Origin: Guillardia theta CCMP2712
Taxonomy: Eukaryota; Protista; Cryptophyta
DNA length: 64,000 nucleotides
Assembly: GCF_000315625.1 (NCBI RefSeq)
Contig: NW_005434673.1
Location: 520,270 to 584,269, forward strand
Direction: 5' to 3'
The notes below the pieces were generated by a model, which ran no database searches, was not told where the DNA came from, and worked only from the letters and a program-made list of their open reading frames with translations. Shown piece by piece: positions 25,000 to 36,551 of this stretch. The position numbers were made by a program, and so were the translations under genes. Numbering within the stretch: position 1 is the stretch's first letter; each line of letters opens with the position of its first letter.

Positions 25000-26499
25000 G
25001 GGAGGGATCTGCGAGAGAGAAAACTGACTGGAATTCTTGAGATCGATGTACCCCGGCAGCTTGTGCTCTGAGCAGAACCTCAACCGTTTCGGTTGTACCT
25101 TGGGATCGCCTCCGATCTGAAGTCAGTACAAATAAAGGAGAAGGGGGAAATCTACCAAAGGATGATTGACGCATGCAGCCTTCTGGGAACTGACACCGTC
25201 TGTAGTTCCACCCCTTCCTCGATGGACGCCTAGGAGGTGCGTGATGGCTCGCCTTCCTCGACTGCGTGCCCGAGGTGCGGTTGTGAGACCGGAAGAGCAC
25301 GGCTCGCAGCTTGCAGCGCCAGATGGCCTGTGGGTCGACCAGGCCTGAGCCACCAGCCTCATTCTTCTGGCGGGCATCACGAGCGTGCATGGAGCATAGA
25401 TCCGCTGCTAGGAGCGGGCTCGGGTCTCTGTCCTGCTCTCCCACTGATCACCAGCATCAAGTCGGGGAGGTGCCTTCACCTCAGAGTGGTTGTCCCTCCT
25501 GTGAGTTTGCAGGCAGAGCTGGAATGAGTCAGAAGCGAAAGCGCCCGACGACACAATCAGTGACCTGAAACCTGCGGAATCGATCGGCAAGGCAGAAGCG
25601 AGCAGCTCTGCCGCAGCCGGGGATGCTTGTCCTACGGTCAGTAATGGGAAAACCTCGTAGGCCACCATCCTCACCAACACTTGGGAGGTGAGAGCGGCTT
25701 GTCTGTTCTGCACTTGTGGAAGTTGCACCAGGTAGCAGCGATCGTCCATTGGCATCCCTTGACGCAACCTTGAGTTCTTGTATGTCAAGCCTGTGCTGCT
25801 CAGGGAAGTCATTTCGAACCTGCCAACTCACTGCCGTGTGTTGCCTGCCGATAGCAGGTGCCGCATCGCCCTGGAGACGCTTCAGCAGAGGATTCAGCGG
25901 CCCCCACACTCTCCACTTGCCATGCAGCTCGATGAACTCATCGGACGTGTCGTTGTAGACGTTCACCTCGATGTTCTCGCCATGCTGATTCCAGCCATCA
26001 GCCCAGTCTCGCGGGCAGGACACGCATACCTTCACGCAGACAACCCCCTCTTCCTTCTGCGAATCACATGGGCATGAGATGAGAAGACGAAAGTGAAAAG
26101 TCCAATGACCTGTTGCGATGCACATCTGCTGCAATATTCTGCTCTCCACCATCCCGTCGACATGCACAGCAGCCCATATGCTATTTGCTCGTCCCCGCAA
26201 AGGTTACATCCGTCGGACAGGATCGGATTCGGTCGGATCTCGCTACAGAGAGAACATAGACATTGACCCTCTACGTCCAAGAGAGCATCGAGGTAAGGAG
26301 AGGACACGTTCGCGGCACGCCATGCACCAGCGGTCGTATCTCTGCTCCCCCCGCGGAGCATGCCCACTGCTGTGCGACAGAGGCTCATGCCTTGAGCTCT
26401 GATGTCATCCCAGCCACGTGAGGGCGAGAGAGGTGCTACCATGATACAACAGGAGAGGAGGAGGAGCAGGGAGCCGCTCTGCTGCCCCCTCCGCCTCAT
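25000..26499 (-). CDS. Hypothetical secreted/organellar protein: signal peptide + LRGG, Cys (CxxC) motifs, multi-exon; 3' end approximate
   Basis: MRRRGQQSGSLLLLLSCCIMVAP..GMLRGG; CNLC, CSRC and CVSC motifs; GT-AG introns link ORFs 26032-26499, 25529-26200 and 25408-25812. Confidence 0.55.
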
Positions 26500-26621
26500 C
26501 CTCCTTCCATGCCATCCCCCGACGGAAGCAGATTTGAGGTGTACCAGTACAGGCCTAGAGGAGGTGGGTAGTCGAAGGGGAAAATACGGGTGGGTGGTCG
26601 AACTGTTTGGTGGGCGGCAGG

Positions 26622-27641
26622 ATGGGATGGCGAGGCTGGTGCCTGCTAGTGTACATGATGGCTAGTGCGAGGACAGGAGGAGGAGAAGCAGTTGTAAGCT
26701 CGTTCTTCGTCTCTCCTCCTCCTCAACTTGCTGCTGCTGCTGCTACTACTACTACTGCTCCTCCTCCTCCTCCTTCCTCATGGTGTCTGGTACCCAGAGC
26801 AGCAAGGAGCTCTTTCCAAGACCTGGGATCTAGGTGTCGATCCTTCGCGGTTGCGGCTGCCAAGACGGGAGGGAGGGGAGGAGAGAGGGAGGGGATCAGG
26901 GATCATCAGCAGGATGTGGCAAGAGACTCTGCCATCGAGAGCGTCTACTTGAGCTATATCGACCTCGACCTCCCTCCCGGACTGCAAGGCCTGGCCGGCC
27001 TGTCCTCCAAGCTTCCCGTGATAGGAAACTCCCCCCTCCCCCTTCACAGGATCGTTCATCTGACTGAGAGCCTGCAGGGCGCATGTTCCAGCACCAGATG
27101 ATCATCGTCAAGCTCAAGTCCTCCAACCTTGTCCTGTTCGACTTCGAACCTCTGGACAAGACCTCGTGAGCAGAAGACGCGGCAGTCGACGCTACCGATG
27201 ACGTTGCCATGGCAGGCCGTTGGTCGCAGCGACGCTGCTACTGGGTGGGAGGGTGCCAGGGCGGCTGCGATCAAGGGAGCTGCAGAGCGTTCCAAGGTTG
27301 AGGGAGTTTGAGGACACAGCCAACCTGAAGTTTCGCAGGAACAGCGTGCTCGTAGGGAATGCAAAGGAAGGAACGACGCTGGCAAGCATCGACAGGATGT
27401 AAGCATTTCTCTGCCATGCATTGTGATACTCCTCCTCGTCCTCCTCGTGATCACCATCATATTATCAATATCATCATTCATCACCAACAGCATTACACCC
27501 TCCATCGGATGCACCGTGACAAACAACAACCTCCTACAAATCTGACTGCTTCCCAGAAACGGTGAATGGGACTGCAACCTGCGCCTGCTACGGAACGACT
27601 GCCGGCATTACTGCGCTAAGATCATCAACGATGTCTGCTGA
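26622..27641 (+). CDS. Putative plastid-targeted protein with permuted papain-like (PPPDE/DeSI-like) His...Cys motifs
   Basis: Leader ..VVSS|FF followed by a Ser/Thr/Ala-rich stretch. Spliced core FQHQMIIV..FDFEP..LLLGGRVPG..WDCNLRLLRNDCRHY; His 27092-27094, Cys 27600-27602. Confidence 0.65.
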
Positions 27642-27699
27642 GGTGGAGCTCGAGGGAAAAGTAAAGGCTGTAGACTTGACGATGCGGAAGTGAAGCGCG

Positions 27700-29810
27700 G
27701 CAGGTGAAGTGATGCAAGTGGAGTGAAGCTTTTTGCTTCACTTGACTTGCAGCGTTACAATGGTGACGGGCACCTGAGATTGGCTGTGAGAACAAGAAGG
27801 AAGGTTTCCCTCCCGCTCTCACCTCGCTCCTGTTCCTGTCGTACCGATCCTGCAGGACTTGTCACTCTTGGAGGAGGATCTCCAGGTCCCCTCACCTGTT
27901 CCTGCACGATCTTCTCTCCTCCAAATGCTAACAGCATCTGCCATGACAGCATCATCATCCCCTCTCCTACCATTGCCGCTCACTTGTGTAGGATGCCATG
28001 CAAGCTTCCTCGCGAACGATCTCGTCTCGAGCTTCATGATCGTCTCCCCGGTAGAGACTTGGCACTGAACGTGACACGGGCTCCCAGTGAGCGCGAGGGA
28101 CAAGATGCGATCAACACTTACCAGGTCGATCAGCTTGCGGCTTGAGGCCGAAGGTCTCTCTGCATCATCGTTGTCAGCCCATCCCCTCCTCCTCGTCAAG
28201 AGCTTTCATCACCGACGTCCGCTACCCCTGCCAAGATTTGCCCATCATGGCTGAAGGATAAGCATCCAACGCCCTCCCTGCATCCAGTCACTCCCCTCCC
28301 GTCGTTGTCAGCTCTTCCTCACTCCAAGGACGAGCAGGCGGGTCGGAGGCAGACTATCTCGTTGGCATCCCAGAGGCAGGAGGATCCGTCATATGCTCCT
28401 GTTGCAAAGTGGCTGCTGCTCGTCAGCCGCTGATCCACCGCATGCTAGCAGCTCTTGTCACCTTCCCGACCGATCCATCGCGATGGCAGTGCAGTTTGCG
28501 GTATGTGCTAGGAGGAAGTGTCAAAGACGCCGGCAAGACGGGGGGCAGATCTTCGACTGCTTGCTTCCTCACCGACAAAGTTGTGCACTGACTTGAGGCG
28601 ATCGCTTTCAGTCTCCTGCGCCGCATCAACACGGATGACTTCCTGTGGTTCATATAGGAAAAAGAGTGAGGAGGAGACGACTTTAGGAATACGGCACGTA
28701 CCACAACCCCTTTCTCTTGCGAGTCAAGCTTCTGCCGCCCAGCACACATAAGGACGCAATTATTCCCGTGCCAAACGAGCTCGTTGACCTAGATTCAACA
28801 TCGGCTTCTGCAGTTGATAGAGGTATGACAATTACCCAATACTCCTTGTCGAAGGAAAGATTTGCAAGCGTCTTGTTCTTGTTGCTCCGTATGTCAATCA
28901 GGCGAACATTTTCCGACTGGCATCAGGCGGAACAGAAATCAATGGTTTGCCCAATCCCAAAGAAAGGACGGCATGAAGAAGGTGGTACAGAGGGCGAGAT
29001 CAAGACAGGCAGAGAGAACGAGAGAAGTAGACTAAGGAGAGATGAGCGAGAAGGCATGCCTTGTCGCTAATCATCAGCATCGTTCCATCCGGACTGAAGA
29101 ACAGAAATCTCAGTCAACACACGGGGGACGATCACCTGCACACTCACCTGAAGGAAACATTCAGCACGTCATCCTCTGCATCGATCTTGAAGCTCTTCTT
29201 CGCTGTCCAAGATTTCAGCGCCTTCCTCGCCCCATCCTCCCTGACCTCGAATGTCCCAAAGTCGCACGATCTTGTCGGAGGATGCAGTCGCAAGGACCTA
29301 CCAAAGGTGAGCCTGCAACCTCCCCACACACAACAGCAGATCTACGTCCGAGTTGGTCGGGCTCCAGCTCAGCCCTTCCACTCCTTCCTTGTGGTCTTCG
29401 AGGACCAGCTCTCTCCCCTGAACCAACAGCTTCACCTCATATCTTTCATCGGCAGCACCCTACAGACCTCTTTGTGTGAGTCCACAGTCCACACCCTTGC
29501 GGTCTGGTCTGAGGACCCTGTGGCAAGCTTCTTCCCGTCGCAGTTCCATGAGATGGCGTTGATGGCCTTGCCATGACCATTGAGTGATGACTGCGAAACG
29601 TTTGAGAATACATGGTGTCAACTCATTGTGTGATGTTCATGGCAAGCAAACAATTATCACCTCGTGCGTTTTGGCCAGTTTCATTTCTTCAAGGTATCTG
29701 TCATTTCTGCCTCAGCCATGACGCAAGAACGTACGGACACACATAGAAAACGGATACATCGATAATGAGATTGTTCCTCTCCCTAACCAACTCCCATCTC
29801 CCGCCATCAT
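27700..29810 (-). CDS. WD40-repeat protein, THO complex subunit 3 (THOC3/TEX1)-like, multi-exon; ends approximate
   Basis: LNGHGKAINAISWNCDGKKLATGSSDQTARVW and LEDHKEGVEGLSWSP match the first WD repeats of THOC3. Confidence 0.7.
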
Positions 29811-30277
29811 TAGTTCTTGTCCTCTGGACGGAGGGACGCCTCTGTTCTTCCACGAAGGCTCCTTACGGTCCTCCCATTCCATTCTCCTCTTCTCCCTTCC
29901 CTCCGAATGTTCTGACCATCCCCAAGATCTCCCCTCCATCTTTCCAAGCATCTTCCGCATCTTTCGTCCCTCTATCCTCTCTCTTCCTCCCTCTCTCCTC
30001 ACTGCTTCTCCCACCCTCTTCCCTCGCCCGGCATATCGCTCGCTTGCGCCGTTACAGATCCTCACATAACCGTTATATTATTAGCAGATTACTGAGGCCG
30101 GCCGGGTCGCGGCGGGCCGGGCCCGGCCGGGCTCTAAAGGACCAAAAGGAACCAGCCGCGGGCGGCGCCGTGCAGCTAGAATATTGATTACAAGGCCTGA
30201 ATATTGACTATAAAACATGAACTCATTGACTAAAACACTCACACCGGGCTCATCCCAAAATAGAAGCGCAGGCGGCA

Positions 30278-31063
30278 ATGGCATATGCGCCGCCGCACAG
30301 TGCTCGCCAGTTCAATGTGGTGATCCCCAGGGCTGATCGGCATACTCAGCAGAAGAAGCAGGTGCCTATGACTTGCGTCCCCCCCCACATCCCTTTGCTT
30401 CCTTTCCGGGATCCCCCGATCATTGAACCCGTCCGTGGAAGGTGTTTGACATACAACTACAGGTCCTTTCGATCATCCCGGTCATGGCCATTGGGCTCAT
30501 CGCTACTCTGTGCATCCTCCACACTGCTCAGTGGAAGGGAAAGACCACTGTCCTCTTTGGTGCAGGTGAAGAGGCTGCGGAGGCACATGTAAGTGTCTCA
30601 CCGTCGGTTTTCACCGGTTGTGCATGAGGTGTACTGACTCTGGGTCAGGCCATAGCCAAGGCTGCTGCCTTGGGCAAGGACGCTGTTTCTGCTAAGCTTC
30701 CACCGGTGAGTCTGAGAAGACATGTGTTCGAACTTCGTTGATGGACTTTGACATCAGGTATCCAAGGACATCATGGAGGAGGTTGAGAAGGCAGAGAAGG
30801 AGCAGCAAGGCGAGATGAACGTGGAAAAGCAATTTGCGATGGGCGAGGACTCAGTCAGCAGCGACGGCCACAATGGCGATCTCCGCAAAAAAGCTGTTTC
30901 AAAGAAAGCTTTGCACGCTCAGGGACTCATCCAGAAATCTGTTGCTGTTCACAAGAAGCTCGCAGCCAAACCAGCAATGGTCAAGGCATCGGCCAAGAAG
31001 CTTGCTCTTCACCACATTGCCAACAACAATGTCAGAGCTCATTTGATTAAGCACAAGCTGTAA
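30278..31063 (+). CDS. Small type II membrane protein with Lys/Ala/His-rich C-terminus, 4 exons
   Basis: Splices in frame: MAYAPP..KKQ|VLSIIPVMAIGLIATLCIL(TM)..AH|AIAK..PP|VSKDIMEE..HKL*. Confidence 0.7.
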
Positions 31064-32256
31064 GCTTGATCGTCGAGCCTGACGTGAAGGAAGAGCCTGG
31101 ACAGATTAACAATTCAGTGTTTTGAAAGAATGAGTTGCACTTTTCTTTTTCTCTTGCAAAATATCAGGCAGGGCTGTGATTTGGAACTTTTCTGTTTCAG
31201 ATTCGGAGGATTTCAGCAGTCTGTCTTAACAAATTGAATAAAAGACAAAAATGGTTGCTGTGGGGGTTTGTTCTGTGTGGTTTGGAGACAATTTAAGCTG
31301 AAGCAAATTGAATACGAATCAAACTTGGTCGTTAGAGATCTTTTTCCGTTGTCCATGTCCACCCATGTCTTCCCATCTTGCCTGGTTCAATATTGAGTTG
31401 CTTTCGCAGAGGACGTCACGTTATAGAACTGATCCCAAGAAAAAGCAGAACTGAAGAAATCACAAACAAGAAGAAGCACAGAAGGGGACAGGTAAGCCGC
31501 TCAAGGAGCGAAGGAAAGGATCAGTAGCTCGCTGCTCAGAGTTTCTTCGTTATTCTCATCCCTCAACGATCTACAAAGAAATTCAGCGTGAACAAATTTT
31601 TCTGGCACTTTGGATTTGTTGGTGACATGGCAGTTATGGGTGGGGCACTTATTCTACCGGGTACTATATCACAAAATAATCAGTGAAAGACAGGGGTACA
31701 AATAATTATAATGGGGTGGTACAGTTTTGTGAAAGAACGATCTAGATCCCAGGTCAGATCGACATGGCAAGGACCAGGCAAGTGATGGTGGGAGGGACGA
31801 GGATGAGCGGGAGGGTAAGGAGGAGGGGACGAGGAAATGGAGGCAAAGCAGGCAAAGTGTATGGCGAACGATCCTTGTTCTTAGACAGGATTGAGCTCAG
31901 GGAGATGGAGGAGAACAAGGGGTGTACAATCGAATGTGGGAATGAAACGGGGGAGGGTATACACATGGTCGAGGCCTGCAGTATCTTTGTTTCGGCCATG
32001 GTGTCGAAATTCGCGAAAGTAATTACGAGGACATTGATAGGATGTTGAGAATGGAAGGCTATCCTTGCCGTGCCGGATAACCATTCGGTCAGTGCTGGAT
32101 CGTTGTCTGCAGCATCCAAGAGTAGCGAGAAGCAGAGGAACGACCCATTCCGATGTTGTCGACGATGTCAATGATGTCAATAATGTCGGAGATGCTAATC
32201 ATGTCAAAGATGGCCAGAAACAGAATGATGAGGGAAATCACCAGTCAGTTTCCAGC

Positions 32257-33284
32257 ATGACCTTTACTTGCGTCAGGTTGTGGATCAGCACGACACTGCT
32301 GCTGCTGGTCATTGCATGCTCTCTACTTCCATGTGAAGCCAAGAAGAAGGTTGGTGATAGGGCGGGCGGTTGGCAGCGGAGGAATGCTGACGCCCCATAT
32401 GCAGGCGAAGAAAGTCAAGAAGGGTACCCGCTCCATGTTGCGAAGGGCAACGCTGACGACCTGCAATGGCTGCAGAGAAGGCGGAGGAGAAGAAGGAAGA
32501 GGAGAAGAAGGAGCGGAAGCCATGGAACAAGATGACCAAGGAGGATTGGGAGAGATTAGAGCGCGAGGCAGAGGTGAGCTCGATCATCGTGGTCGGCCAC
32601 ACGATCTGACGACACGAAGGGTCCCGGCGAACCCTGGAAACCGCCCGAGCCACCAAAAGTTCAGTTTGATCCCAAGAATCCGATGGAGTACATGCAGGTC
32701 AAACAGCGCCGTGGTTCTCGGGAGTTGCCCCGTTGATGAGGAGCGTTCAGGCATCCAAGAAGGGAAAACCTGCCATGATGTTCGCCACGTTGGATAAGAT
32801 CAAGGTTCCAAGCTGATCAAGGCTGCCGCTGCCGTGCTGGTCTGAACAGAGGTGGATTTTCTAGGATCCTAAGACAGGGGAGTGGAGGGAAAGAGATAAG
32901 GTATGAGCTGATGACACGTTTCGCGCTGGGCGTTGTGAAACAGGTTGCAGGCAGAAACCGAGGAGCTTGCATTCCGCCACAAATCCCTGATGCAATCAGG
33001 TCCGTTTGAGCCTACACCGTGAATCGAGCCCTGATGGGAAACCTCGACTGCAGGGCACCTGGAGGCTACCCCTTACGTCATCGATCCAAACAAGATCCTG
33101 TGGACAGTACAGGTTAGAGATGATGCAAGAACACATCGAGCTCAGGTTTTTCTGCCAGGATGGCTCCAAAGGGTATGAAGTGAAGAAGTTCCTGATGGAG
33201 CAACCCGAGGTGGAGGAGTTCGAGTGGGACCAAAAGAAGACCACCAAGGCATCGTGGAACAAGGAGAAGCCCTCCGAGCTCTGA
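32257..33284 (+). CDS. MESD/Boca-like ER chaperone, multi-exon
   Basis: Signal peptide; DWERLE, SKKGKPAMMFATL, ETEELA, YVIDPNKILWTVQDGSKGYEVKKFL match the MESD core; C-terminal KPSEL. Confidence 0.8.
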
Positions 33285-33407
33285 AGCCGGGCCATTACGA
33301 GAGGATGCCATATTCTTTACATCACATGCGTTGATGATTCTTGCATAGTTTACTCGAAGAGCGAATCAATCACAAGCACATTGTTTGATACACACAGTGT
33401 GTCGTAA

Positions 33408-33660
33408 TTTAGTGGAACACAACAGGGGGGCCCTCCCAGGGGACTCCGTTCTTCCAGTAATCGTAGGTGGAGTTCATCGGAGCGCATCCGAACATGCCTG
33501 CAACCGCAGTAAGACTCAATGCATCCCCCAAGCTGTGCCTGTACCAGCAACGGCGCAAGGGGCATCGGGACCGTCGTCAGCAATGCCTCCCCAGGCAGGG
33601 GGGGGACCGACATCACCAGCATGGTGGTGGGCCAAGAAGGCCTCCACGCCCATAAGCTGT
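33408..33660 (-). CDS. Possible 3' exons of a small hypothetical gene (5' end not resolved)
   Basis: Exons LMGVEAFLAHHHAGDVGPPPAWGGIADDG..|MFGCAPMNSTYDYWKNGVPWEGPPVVFH* flanked by plausible splice sites. Confidence 0.3.
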
Positions 33661-34582
33661 ACACACAGTATCAGCTTGCAGATACGATAGGCTTCTTGAT
33701 GTGTTTGATGGCATTCAGAGAAAGCGCACCATCGACGAGCTGGCAGGCACTATAAAGAAAGGCTGTCGAACGACACACCTTGTGAGCAAGCCAGAACAAG
33801 CAACACCACAAAACAAAACACATCCTCTCCTATGCTGCAGCGATCCCATATCAAAGCACGGAGGGCTTCTGGACAACCTCCACTCTCTAGACATCGTGCA
33901 ACACCAGTGGAGGTCGGCACCAAATACCAAACCCCACAGCTTTTCATACATCTAGCCAGCATCTCCACCATGAAAAATGACAGCACATCCAGCAAGCCAT
34001 CACACGTCTGCATCATTCACTGATGCTGATCAATCACGAGCGATTCCTCATGCCATTTCCCGACAATATTGCCATCGCCTCACCTTCTGGAAGAACATGG
34101 CGATTCCGAAAGGTCACCGCTCCTCGCCTTTTAGTACCCCTGCCTCGAAGTACCCCACCAGGGTCTTGTTGTGTTGGCTGTACGACTGGGTACTACCCGT
34201 ATGGGTAAGACTAAGGGTAGTTTGCCTCTGGGCACCCCGTACACCATCACCCCCACCGTGTCTAGTGTCCACCCCACCTATCTCGTCATCGATGTTTTCC
34301 CTCTGCCAAGAAGTACCCTACCACAGGGCTTGGGATCATATTTGTACACCCACCCCTGCAAGAGACTACCCTGTCTAGATTAGACCTTTCTTGAGGCAAA
34401 GGTATGGTCCTTTATCCCGAAGGCTCATTCGTATTGGGTAGGGTACACTTTTCAAGGGTAGGGTACACAGACCAAATCCAACTCGCCTCAGAGAGGAACT
34501 AGGGAAAAAGGGAAGGCAGCAACATAATACTATACAACCTACGAAATGGTTCGCATCTGTCAAAACCGAATCTTATATAGTG

Positions 34583-35920
34583 ATGAGGAGCGGCAACGGC
34601 TCCTGTCAGGCTCTGGTCGCCATGATGGCGGCATCAAGTGCGGCCGAAAGGTCTCGCTTGACTCGGAGTGCGCGGGCGCACGTGCATGGCGTGTGGGAAG
34701 GGTTCCACCACGTGCTCAAGGAGACGCTCCCGACTCTGCAGGAGAGGATGGATGTAGGGGAGGTGGAGAGAATTTCAAAGGATCAGTGGGCTATGCTTAT
34801 GTGTTTTAGAGAGCTCTTCGACCCGCACTACGAACTAGGTCAGTCGGAAGGGAGGCGTCTGAGTGGCGGGGCTGACGACCTTATTTTGTCTCCCTGATTG
34901 CCTGCAGAGATGAGGATCTCGAGGCTGAGTTTCCAGAGAGCGATGAGGAGGTCGAGGATAACGGTGAGCGAGGGCGCGAGCGACTCTCTGTTCAACAAAG
35001 CCATGTTCATCGATTGGCGGAGATCGCAGATGAGGACAAGGAGAATCACGGAGAGAGAGAAGCTAGACTGGATGCGAGGCATCAAGGCAACCGCCAAGCA
35101 AGAAGTGAGCATGTGGAGCGTCCTGTACCTGTTCCAAGATACGATTGACATCACAAGTTTAGAAAAAGCTCTGGGCGAGGATTCTCAGAGACAGAAGCAG
35201 ATCAAGAAGCCTGTCGACGCTGAGACGCAAGTCTGTGATGAAGACTGGCATCTCGTCTCGGAGGCATCCAGGGGTCAGAGCTTCCTGGCTCTTGTCAAAC
35301 AGCCCGACATGGCAGTCAAGCGTTGTCGGTTGGCATGTTTGCATGCAAGGATGCTCCACAAGCTTCCGGAAAACACGGCTGTCATACCGGTCGCTCAGTG
35401 CTTGAAACTTCTCCATGAGTGGTGGTTCGTGACGGGCACCAGCGATCCGGTTCCTCTGCTCTAGCATGGGCGAACAAGCTGACTTTCCACCCGTCGCAGG
35501 GAGTCGTCGGCGAATCGGAGGTCGAGGAGGAGGAGGAAACGGAGGAGCTGAACAGAAGAGCACAAGAGAATCGATCGATGTTCGATCAGGAGAAGGGTGG
35601 AGAGTTCGAGGCAGATCGCTCGGAAGAATCGATGTTGACGACGCTGCGGGGGCAGCGCTACGGGTTATCTTCCTTCCAGTTCTCTTGCCTGACGACGAGA
35701 CTAAGCGCGTCTGCAGATACATGTTCGCACGAGCCCCAATGCGCCTTCCCCAGATGAAGCTGCAGAGGATCGCAAAGGTACGGGACTGCAGTCTGTTGCT
35801 GGCTCTGTGAGCTGATGTTAGCCGGGGATGCAGGTGAAGCGGAGGCTCGAGGCGCTAGCAGGGTTGGATGACGATGAAGAGGAGAGTGCGGAGGAGATGG
35901 ACTTGTTCGATCGTTCTTGA
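34583..35920 (+). CDS. Hypothetical protein, multi-exon
   Basis: ORFs 34580-34897, 34898-35464 and 35419-35757 join through short GT-AG introns into one frame ending ..EMDLFDRS*. Confidence 0.6.
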
Positions 35921-36119
35921 AGCGCTCCATCACCCCTCCTGCTGTCCACGTTCCGAACCCCTTCAGATCCTCCAGCTGAGGTGTCAGTCACTGTAAGGAA
36001 GAGGCTTGTGCTGCTGCTGTCACTGCGCGGAAGCTCCAGGTCTACCCTCGCAGCGCAGCAAAACTAGCAAACTTTATCCTATCATGCAAGCCTGAGCGCT
36101 CGGAAAGCATGACTCATCT

Positions 36120-36285
36120 GCATCATCATCATCATCCTCATCATCCTCTCCATCTCCAGCATCATGATCTATCGTCATCATGATCTACCGTCACCCTTTC
36201 ATCATCATCATCATCGTCATCGTCATCATCTTCGTCGTCATCATCATCGTCATCGTCAACAACATCATCATCATCGTCATCGATC
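36120..36285. repeat. (CAT/CGT)n trinucleotide tract upstream of MSH6
   Basis: Directly visible. Confidence 0.9.
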
Positions 36286-36551
36286 GGATCTTCAGTTCTT
36301 GTTTGATGCCCGACTTGCCAGGCGATGCCTCACTTTGGGGAATACTACCCCTCTCACAAGGGTCTACATATGGGGTAGGGGTAGAATTGTGCAGCTCCAA
36401 AAAGGATACGAGGAAGGGCAATGGCGCGGGAACCAAGAGGGAGGAGGGAGGAGGAGCGGTAGAGCGGGACAAGAGCCGTCGGAGCAGAGGAGGGAGAGGA
36501 GAAGGACTGGCAGCTACAAGGGGAGAGCAGCAGCTAAACGAACAGAAATTC

